Assembly: GCF_009914755.1 (NCBI RefSeq)
Contig: NC_060939.1
Source of the DNA: the human T2T-CHM13v2.0 reference genome, Homo sapiens
Reading direction: 5' to 3' (one strand)
DNA length: 64,000 nucleotides
Both the position numbers and the translations under genes were made by a program. Shown piece by piece: positions 16,011 through 28,613 of the stretch; the first letter of the stretch is position 1; every line of letters starts with the position of its first letter. The notes under the pieces were generated by a model. It was not told the DNA's origin. It saw only the letters and a program-made list of their open reading frames with translations, and searched no databases.

Positions 16011-16152
16011 GTATTTCCATACACATTTTAAACAGGTTGATTCTCTTCTTCTGAGTGACAGGTATGCATATTTGCACTTCAATGTATTACCAAGAATGCA
16101 AAAAGTTGAGAAATACGTTAAGGAAACCACATTTTCTACTTGAGAGTGTTTA

Positions 16153-16543
<391 letters not shown>

Positions 16544-17103
16544 TTACTGCAAATGAATTAAATTATCATCAGCATGTTAAGAATTCTGTAAGTAAATATC
16601 ACTTTTAAGACATATTTTACCTGGAATTCACTCAGTTGCAGAACTTATATAAAGGAATCACCTTCACTCCTGATTTGTCACTAACCATGGCTGTAAAACA
16701 TAACTGGCAATCATTAGAAGTTTCTTCTCTGGAGAAACAAATTGACCTCAGAGAGAAGACACTAACAATTGGGGGGTTTCCCAACAGTGAAACCCACCAG
16801 TTGAAAAGCCCAACATAATTACAGAACCTCCAGGCAACTTCATAGCGACTTACTCTCAAATATCAACAACAGATATCTGGAGGGAAATGTCCAGTATTAA
16901 AGAGAAATAACAATAACAACAGCAAAGGGACCAAAGGGAACCAGAGACAACATAGGACCTGAAACAAAACTTAAGAAAGAAAATAGACCAAACCCGAAGT
17001 AAAATATTCTCAGAGAAATAAGAGATTGTATTCATAAAAACAAGTAGGACGTTAGGACTAGGAAATCATCAGAAACAAGAAAGAACTTTAAAAATAAAAT
17101 TTT

Positions 17104-18590
<1,487 letters not shown>

Positions 18591-19939
18591 TTAAGGAGGC
18601 AAAGAAACAGAAAACAGGAGAGAAAAGAAAATTTTAAGGTCAATCCAGGAAGTGCAAACTTTGGCTAACAGGAATTCTAGGAAGAGAAAACATGGAGAAA
18701 AAGACAGAAAATCTTCAAAGAAATAATATCTGACTTTTAAAATGGGCACATGTTTTACCTTGATAAAAGTAATTAAATCATATGGGCAATCATATATCTC
18801 AATGTTTAGGTGTTTACCTGCATGAAGTAGGTATATAAACATTATTATATATTATACTATATTGTTCTCTGGTTGTTTTCTATGGATTATGCCATTGTCT
18901 CATTTCAATTATAACCTCTTCACATCCAGGAAGAATATTTGCCACTTATGGCAGGCACATATTCTATTTCTGATAAATACTTGTTAAACTCATTTGCTTT
19001 GAAGACGACTTGAGTTTCCAGTAAGCTCTGTGACTGTTTAAGAGGGTTCAGTCTTTCAGCCTTGTTACAAAAGTAAAGGTCATTCTTAGCTGAAACAGTT
19101 ACTTAAAACTCCAGGAACTAGTCTGAGAATCCCAGCTCTTACAATAAAGTCTAGAGGGAAGTCATTTTATAAAACAACGATAAACTGAAAGAAAGCTAGT
19201 CAAATGGCTTTTGTCTGAATACCCTTAAAGATCTTTGTCCATTCAATCTTCTTTTCAGGAAACTTGATCTGAGCCTCTATCCAGACACCCAGTTATACGG
19301 TACCAGTTAGTGGAATATGTAGGCTATGAATCAGACTCCACTGTGGAAACTAATCCTTGAGTCACGATCATAATATTCCATTGGCATTCACCCCAGGGAC
19401 AAGGTATTCATTTAAGAGTGCCACTCTTCCACGCAAAGGATGAAGCATCACGTAGCTCCCACTCATCATCACAGTCATCACTCAAATATCCTAGTTTGGT
19501 TATCTGTTTCTGCAAGGCTGTGTGTAGTCATCCTCACCTATCAGGATTCTGCAGTCATCTCTACCTCATTCCAAAGGGTCCCTGGCTTTATTCATTAATT
19601 TAATAAATATCTATTAAGTGTCTATTTTGAGCTAGTCATTGTTCTCTATAGTAGGGAACTGTATTCTAGCAAATCTGAGCCCAGAAAAGATTTGCTTAAT
19701 CCATTCTCCAGAATACTTCTCTAATCAATTCTAGTGAATTTACATTTGCCTACCTATTGCCATATCTCCATCTTTAACTTTTTTTTCTGCTGCATGTACA
19801 CTTAGTATCTGAAGTATTATTGATATGTTTTTAATGAATTACTCGTGATAATGGCCACAATAATGGCATTGCAGGGACTCAATGGATACTTCGACTTTGA
19901 ACTGTATTACTGTTCTCATCAAAGAATGGCCTTAAGACT

Positions 19940-20105
19940 TACTTCTCAAAGTGTGTCTGGGGAATTACCAGCATTGGTACGATCTGTTATAAATACAGAA
20001 ATCTCAGGCCCCCATTCTGAGACCTACTGAACCAGAACCAGAATCTGCATTTTAATAAGATCGCCATGTTATTTACATGCACATGAGAATTTAAAAATCA
20101 CTGGC
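19940..20105. mobile_element. MER5-like hAT element
   Basis: TTCTCAAAGTGTG...CAGGCCCC...GACCTACTGAA...GAATCTGCATTTTAATAAGATC. Confidence 0.65.
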
Positions 20106-20169
20106 CCAGCTGACATCTTAATAAGCCATTCTCTAATTCCTTAATAAAGCATTAGAGGGTAGCCTGTGA

Positions 20170-20290
20170 GTCGGACACAGCAGTGCACCTGTAGTCCCAG
20201 CTACACAGGAAGCTGAGGCAAGAGGATTGCTTTAGCCCAGGAGTTCAAATCCAGCTTGTGTAACATAATGAGACCTCATCATAAAAAAAC
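20170..20290 (+). mobile_element. FLAM (free left Alu monomer)
   Basis: Single diverged Alu monomer with short A-tail. Confidence 0.75.
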
Positions 20291-22548
20291 AATTGAGATA
20301 AAAAGTAAATAAAAGGAAGCAATCCTGGATAATATTATTTTAGGTATATCTGTACTTAACTTCAGGTATAACTATACTTAACTAAGTTTAGTTATAACTG
20401 AATTTAAAGACATTGTCTACTATATCATCAATATCTTGCTTGGGTAATGTATTTTTCTACTAAGGTAATCAAAATGTTTCCTAGTGTTATGGTTTTATAA
20501 TACCTCTAAGTCAAGAGAAGGCCTACGCTCTTTCTTCACCAACAGACATCCTCGGGCCTAACTAGAAATGCCATGAATTTACTTACTTGTTCAAGGTGTT
20601 CTTTGTTGTGACTCACCCATGAATCGAGCTACAAGGTGCACATACACACTAGCTGGTTGCTCGTCTAAGCCCTCAGGTCTGCTGCTCTTGTTCTATCCCA
20701 ACAGTTCGCTTCAATCTTAGTGTGGGTAAAATTGCTTTTCAACAGTTGCTCCCATGTTGAGTCCTTCCCAAAACATCTCATTGAACTGGGACAGATCTGC
20801 TCATCTCTTGTTTTGAAATTACTGTATCTCTAAGTATCTGTCTTCATCTGACCATGGTCTCCCAATTTTACACAAGGAACAGAGGATACTGAACCAGACG
20901 TGTGAGCAATACTTTGGATTATTTCCAGGGTATGCTGACAAGACAACTGGTTCCCTTTCTCAGCATTCATTTGCTCCTTCTGCTAACCACCTTCCTGACC
21001 TCAACACATCGCCTGGCCTCACCCAGAGACTCTGCCAAGCCCCTTCAGCCTACAAAGCCTCTTGTCCTGGCTTCTCCTGGTCTGTCTTGTTTCCCTGTCA
21101 CCTGTGATGTAAAGGGAGAGTGGACACAAACGGGTGAGGCCTCACAACAGCTAGCACATGGTAGGCTCCATAGCCTGTAAGAAGCCGGCAACATAGACAG
21201 AATTGCCTATTATCCAAGTAGTTTCTGGGAATAGGCCTTAAAACCTTGACTTGTTTTCTACATGGAAGCTCTATTTTGTTTCGTCTTATTTTTGGTGGTA
21301 GAGAGGGGACTGAGAAAGTTAGACTAATGCTGTCCAAAATGAGGTGTGAATATTCATAAGCGATTTCAAGTTTTCACTTATAATTTTCTGTTTCCTTCAT
21401 TTGATATTGCTGAATTTCCATTTCAGTTTTCACTCATCATACTTGCTTATTCTATAGTTCCAAGGTGAAAGAACGTAAGACTGTAACCTTTATTTTTTTC
21501 TCCAGGAAAAAGAGACTGTACTCTCCCTGTAGAGAGGGAGTTTGTCTTATACATCTTATATCCACTTCACATATGCCTTCTGTATAACAATAACTACATA
21601 TATACCTTGCCTATGCTATCTCATGCTTATTTTATGACATCGAGCAAGCAACCTATGCTGGCTGTTTCTGCTTCCTTACCTGTTTGATTCTTTCTTCAAT
21701 CTGGCTTTTAACCCCGCATTCTCCTGAGCCTACTCTTGCTAATGGACCTCCTAACTGACACATCCAGTGGATACTTATGTTCTCTGTGGTACTGTCTGCT
21801 TTCCTCCTTCCCTCACCTTTCACCCATGCCTCTATGCCTCCACGCCTCCATGCTCTCCATGCCTCCATGCTCTCTTGGCCTCTGTGTGGTTCCTCCTTAG
21901 TCTCTTCTTTATCCCCTCTTCTACTGCCTCACCAAAGTTGGTGGTCCCCAAAATTATAATTTATCTTCCCTTCCCATCTCACTGTATACCTTCCCTAACG
22001 TGTTCATCCTTATCTGAGGCTTTGACTATACTCCTGACTCCCAATCTACATTTCCAACTCTCACTTCTCTCCTGAGCCTTGGTCCTGTATGTCCAACTGC
22101 CCTACTTGAAAACAGCACTATCAGGGCAGCCTCTGATACACATAAACTTCATACATGATTTCTTCTTCACCCTCCCAATCTGGCCCCTCTCCTGAATTCT
22201 CCATCTTAGTTCATAACATCACTGTTAACCCAGTCATCCAAGTTAGGAAAACTTTAATTCATTTATAATCCATGAAACCATGAAAAATTGTCTTCTAAAA
22301 ACCTTAAAGAGAGCACTTCACACTCTCAAATAAAGACCTCCATTGCCCAACTACTTACTATCAGCCGAAGACCCCCTTCTTTGTCTTCAGCATGAAGCAC
22401 CAGGCCTAATCGGACTCTGACCCACTTCTGGCAGATCACCGCCTCCCACATCCCCAGGCTACCCTATGCTTGAGCCCCACTGGACTATTTACAGTGTGAG
22501 ATTCTTTCACATTTCTAGCCTTGCATATGCTGCTGCTGCCACCTACAG

Positions 22549-22760
22549 CAGTGACTCTCAACAGGGGACAATTTTGCCCCTAGGGGACATCTGGCAATGT
22601 CTGGGGACACTTTTTGATTGTCACACTGGGAGAAAGGGGTGTTACTAGCATTTAGTGGGTGGAGGCCAGGGATGCTGTTAAATATCCTACAGTGCACAGG
22701 ATAGCCCCCACTACAAAAGTGTCCAGCCCAATATAATAATGCTGAGATGGGGAATCCCTG
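22549..22760 (+). mobile_element. MER20 hAT-Charlie element
   Basis: CAGTGACTCTCAAC...GGGGACATCTGGCAATGTCTGG...GAGGCCAGGGATGCTG...CCCTG. Confidence 0.85.
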
Positions 22761-22879
22761 CCCTAGAATCTCTTTGATTTCTCTGCCTGATGAACTCCAG
22801 TTTACCTATCAAGACTCGGTTCAAATGTCACCTCCTCTGGGAAACCTTCCTCTACCAACCAGGTCCTCTCTCCAGATAA

Positions 22880-23243
<364 letters not shown>

Positions 23244-26200
23244 TAGACTGAAAATTTTTATGTTTACAAGCATGTCCCTATTACTAGAATGGGAGCTCCC
23301 CTAAATAGAGACTGTATTTTACTCATCTTTTATTCTCAGTGCTTGGGACAGTGCCTGGCACTCAAATGTGTACTGGATGAATTAAACAAGACACATCTAC
23401 AGAGAATACAAAATGTTTTCAAGCAAACAATTCAGCACTCTGAATCTGTCTGAAATTAACAATTCCTCAGTTCTAAGAAATATACATGTACAAATATACA
23501 TTTTTCACCAACTTTCTAAAACTAGTCATTAACATTGTGGCATCACATTTTAGGATATTTATAAATTACATTGGTTTATATAAGTGCTGCTCAAAATAAA
23601 TTTAACCAAATCTCTCTAAATATTCTGCTAAATTTAGTAAAATAAGGACTGGAAAATAATGGAACATTAAAGTAAGTATATATTTAAAACATCTATTTTA
23701 GGAAGAACAATAAAATAAGAAAATATTGAAATGTATAATCTTGAGATTAGTGTTAAAGGCTTTGAAATAATTAAGACATAAGTTTATTACAGTTCTACTA
23801 TACTAGGCTTAAGCAATTTACCTATTTAGGATTAAGTTACATATAATGAACAAAAACTTTTATAACAAAAAGAAAAAATGTAAAAAATAATTCTAATAAA
23901 AATATGAATATAAGTAAAGAATGGAAGACATTCAAGCTTGGGAAAAATGCTAATGCACATTAAATAATAGGGTACTGAAATCTCTGAGCATCCTAACAAC
24001 ATAACATAGGAGATTTAGAAAACAACAGATGGGGGAAACAAAATAACAGTAGAGAAAAGTAACTACTATACAGATTTAGAAATCTGAATAGCAATCATTG
24101 TTGTAACTGTATACATAGTACCTTAGCTCCTTAACCTGCTTCTTGATTGAACTGACAAAATATTACACATACTGTTAAAATATCAAGTATTTATTTTCAG
24201 ATCAAAAGTCATTATATAGCCTTTACAAAAGTAATACTGTATTTCAAAAGGCATATGTAATAAACATATGCCAGTCACTGTTATGTTGTTTGCTATGCCT
24301 GAAATCAACATTATTATGGAGATAGACTACAAAGTCTCATCTTCACTCTAAGTTGTAAACACAGAACACAGACAGTGTCCCAGATACAGGTAAAAGTTCT
24401 CATTAGATTTAAAAAATCAGTCATTAATAAGCTGTTGATTACAGTAAGCTAGAAACTCAATTTTATACTGCTAGAGACTGGTAGCTAAACATATAAGAAA
24501 AGAAGTTGTAGACTCTCAGTGCTTTAGAAACCAGGTTCTCTGACCAAAGCAGTGATTTAATTTCACGGCTGCTCAGTACAGATAGCTGACATTACTAAAT
24601 GCTACTCTAATATCAACTTGTTAAATGTGAATCCGGACTCAGCATATCAGAATACTAACCCAGACTAACTGGAGTCATGGGAAATATTTTGGGAGCTGTT
24701 TATTTATAAGTGAGTTACAATATACCACTATAATTAGATTAATATATAATTATTGATAAACACAAGATTATTTCTAAAACCCATTATTGTTGCCACTGCT
24801 ATATTTAGAAAAAACAACACTAGAATCTTCTCCATAAAACAAGCCTTTGATTTATCAATTAGATCTATTTAGATATAGCATAAATTAAATTTAACTGTCA
24901 CTATATGGTTTACAATGCTTTTATAAAGAGAAGTCTAATAAACATTAAACGGGGGGACAATTTAAATCTCCAGCAAACTGCACACTTCTGAATTATTTTA
25001 TAATCCAATAATCTACCAAAAGATAGAATCTGCACAAAGTTATACATTTGATTGTCACAAAAAATATTTAAGTTAGCTTACCTAAGCATAAATAAAACCA
25101 GTAACAGTGGATATTTTTAACAATGCAAAAGGCATTTGATCCACATTTCATTAAAAAACACATTTAAAATACTCTTCTCAAAAGCATCCACAACAAACTA
25201 TAATTATTACCACAAAATAAACTATTTTAAGGTATTTCTACAAATATTTCTACATGAATTATTCCTTTCAGATTATTTCATTAAGTGTAAAATAAATTTA
25301 TAAGTAACATTAATTCAACTAGCATACTATTAACGTTTCTTCTCAGTGCCACTTCATTTCTTTCTTTCAGGAAGAAAAACAGTTGATTAGATTATAATCT
25401 CCTAAAATCTGGTTTTAGAAAAGTTTCCTAAATGGAATTTAAAATTCTAAATTATAGATCAGAATTTGAAATCTGATCTTTTTTTATCCTTAGTAAAGTA
25501 GTGGCTTATATTAACATCTGGGCATTGGTAACAATTATTATATTTACCAGATTTCAGAAGAGAGAAAATAAACTAGCAATTACTATTTTATTCACCTAAA
25601 GTTACTTATCCAGAAGTTTTTTTTTTTTAAAACAATCTTTAATAAACATAATGGATGTTACAAAAACACAGATTAAGGTTTTTTCCCCCCAAAACTATGA
25701 TGTACTGTCATGTAAAATTGCTTTAGTTAGAAAATTTTTTAAATTTCCTGGAATCTGGTAAAACATTCCAAATACAGAAATTTAAAAAATCTATTTCAGT
25801 TCAAACCATTTTAAATACTTTGGAACGGCCAAATTACATAAAGAACTTTTGGCTAAGATTCATAAGAGTTAAATTACTAATATAATAAAGCTGAATTGTC
25901 AAAAAAATGAAAAGGTAAATAGAAAATTGTGGTAAATGCCTAGCAATTTAAACCAAATTCAAAAATATTAAAACTTAGAATTCAATATTGTTGAAAGAGT
26001 GAGTTACATTTTAGAGGGCAGTATTAACTCGTGGCTAAAGAAAAATAGGGTGGAAACAAAATTCCTGTGGTTAAGGGTATATACAAATACAAATGCCATT
26101 TATTTTTCCTCTGCTTTAAACATGCAGCATAATAGTTTTTATGAATGATCTTATAAACACATGTATTTGAGATATAGTTTCTCTATGATAATTTATAAAA

Positions 26201-26700
26201 AGATCTTTACACTTTGATATGGGTTTTTGTTTAATATTTTAAATAAGCATTCTAAATTTTACTCTATTTCATAATGATTAAGAAGAGGAGAAAACAAAAT
26301 GATCATTTGAAAATAGGAATAAAGTATTGAGCTACACAAAAGAATACTATATCATTTAAAGGAAAAATATGCCAAGATAAAATGTTATGAAATAGACTGT
26401 TATTCAAAGTTTGTTTTGTTGTAGAAAGTTTTTTATGTTGTAGAAAAGTTTTATAGCTTAAATCACTTAGGAAGATTTTTAAAAATATACATTTTGTACA
26501 CTGGTAAAATAACAAATAGAGTAAAAAACTATACATAGAGTTCTTCAGATTTACAAATATAAAATTTATGACTACAAAATACTGCTAGCTAAGGACCAGG
26601 AAAATATGTAAAACTGCTTGGTTACAATAAATGTTCTCCAAATATTTCATTAAGTTATTCTCATATAAATTAACATTTACCAAGACCAAAGGAAACTTAC

Positions 26701-28248
26701 CTTGCAAGAATTAGACAGTTCATTTGTGCAATCTCTGTTGCTGTCTCTTGATAAATTATCCACTTTACCTTCATTTCCAGATGCAAACTTTATGAGTAAC
26801 TGAGATGGTCCCCCTTTAGAACAATTGTGCTTAAGGCTGGATAGACAGGAAATATTTGGATAAGCTCCTCCCAATGAAATACTTCTTCGTAAAATACCAT
26901 GGTTTTTGTTCATCTGTGAATGTGGTCTTTCCAATTCTCCATTGATATTTATTTGACAATCTACATTTTGGGAGGATGGCAAACATGCAGATGTCCTATG
27001 CATGAGCTTAATATACTCTGAATCAGAATTAAGCTTAATTTCTGACATTTCTGGTTTACAATCACCATTTGTTGTTTCACAGTCTAATGTAGCTGCTTTT
27101 CGTTGGGTGAAATGCACTGAAACACAAGAATATCCTTCAGATGACTTTTCACAGACAGTCTGTCTGGGAGTATTATTCGAAAGAACAATTTTCTTCTGTA
27201 ATGAGCCCTTCCTGTGAAGCGGCCGTATGTCTCTTACTTCTCCGGGGGTACAAATTGTTTTAGATAACCGAAGTCCATTGACAGCTGTTGAAAGAAATCC
27301 TTTAGCACTAGTGCCATCCTCATTATGTGCAATTTCACTAGGAGAAATAATAAACTGGTGTGAAGTTTGATAGGATCCTTTGCTCAGAAGAGTACACAGA
27401 CTTGTTGGAGAAGTCGGTCGGGTAGTTGAAGGACTCCTAGGAAAAATGACTAAGGAGGAGTAACGTTTTAGTGGAATTTTTGTGTTCCTGCTCACTGGCA
27501 ATTTCATAATCTCTAATCCATGTTCCAAGTCATCCTGGACAAAAGGATCTGTACTTGTACTTCTTGAAAAAATTTCACAAGGAGTAGTATTCCTGTTTGG
27601 CACACTTCTATTGGAGGTGCTGTCAGAAGGTAAGTTTCCACCCAAAAAAGTATCATCACTTGGTGGAAAAGTATAACTACTACTGTCACTGATGACACTG
27701 TTAGTATATGAACCTCCACTTGTGATACTTGCACATGACCCAAAATCACTACCGTTGCTGCTGTAAGACCCATTATCACTGGTTGAAAAGTTACTAAGGC
27801 TACCACTACAAATGGCTGGACTGCTTACAAGGTGACCATCATTCACAGCATTCAATTCATTATCGACCACAGCACTACTGTAAATACCATCCTTCAAGAT
27901 ACAAGTAAACGAAGCATCATCACTATCAGCTAAGACATTGCTAGACTGAAGATATCCACTGTACCTTGTTGGCTGTAGTGAAATCTGTAGACAGCTGCTC
28001 TTTTTATTAACATTTTCAGATGAGGGAACAGATGATCTTTCTTGAGACTGAACGTTTTCCTTTATTAACGGAGCTAGTGCAGTCTGTCTGGGAGTCAGCT
28101 TCATTTGAACAACGTTAGACGTTGAAATCCGTGTTGGTCTTTTGAAGCACATGTGAACATGGCTATCCAAGTCATCTCCGGAGGTTTCTGACAAAGGGTA
28201 AGTATTGCTTCTTCTGGCTGCAAAGTGCAATCGTAAGCTTTGTGCCAT
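26701..28248 (-). CDS. NEDD4: NEDD4 alternative first coding exon: 516-codon Ser/Thr-rich N-terminus of the long isoform (MAQSLRLHF...ELSNSCK)
   Basis: Only long non-repeat ORF (26677..28248); recognised as the N-terminus of long NEDD4; consensus donor AAG|GTAAGT at 26701/26700, phase 0, compatible with the next shared exon (TRDDFLGQV..., outside the window). Confidence 0.93.
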
Positions 28249-28530
28249 TTGTTCTCATTTCCAAACATGTTAAGGGCTGAAAGTCATAACAAAGATCTCT
28301 GTCCGTAGACAGGCTAGAAGCAGCTGCACTGCATCAAAAGAAAAAATCATTTGTGGTGCCTAAAAGAGCTATTAAGTAGTAGTCTTTATCCTAAGTAAAA
28401 CATTAGATACCAGATATCATAGAAAGAAAAAGACGACCCATTCCAGAGACTGACGTTTCCAAAATGTCTTGAATCGCTTGTAGTCAAAATGCCTTCACTT
28501 ACAAAGCACTTGATTTCCAGCGACCTTTAA

Positions 28531-28613
28531 GCTGAGCTCAGCTGCAGCACACTGACTCAAACACAGCCAACCTTGTTTCAATTATACCTTCTCCAATTTG
28601 CATGAATGAGTAA
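28531..28613 (-). promoter_or_regulatory. Putative internal promoter for the long NEDD4 isoform
   Basis: Minus-strand TATAATT (28586-28580) about 33 nt upstream of Inr-like TCAGT (A at 28553); AP-1 TGACTCA 28553-28559; octamer ATTTGCAT 28596-28603; AP-1-like TGAGTAA 28607-28613; palindrome GCTGAGCTCAGC 28531-28542. Confidence 0.55.

Noticed and set aside
16620-17090. Possible processed pseudogene or exon (60-75 aa ORFs)
   Set aside because: No recognisable protein; A-rich composition resembles an ancient L1/HAL1 ORF1 remnant, as at about 41100-42600, too degraded to call
26763-26772. Internal donor-like GAAG|GTAAAG in the long exon
   Set aside because: Phase 1, out of frame with the next exon and weaker than the AAG|GTAAGT site 68 nt downstream
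27002-27806. Antisense and alternate-frame ORFs overlapping the long exon
   Set aside because: Short shadow ORFs expected within a coding exon; no independent support
26677-28248. 523-aa ORF as a novel single-exon gene
   Set aside because: It is the known alternative first exon of NEDD4, with a consensus donor at 26700
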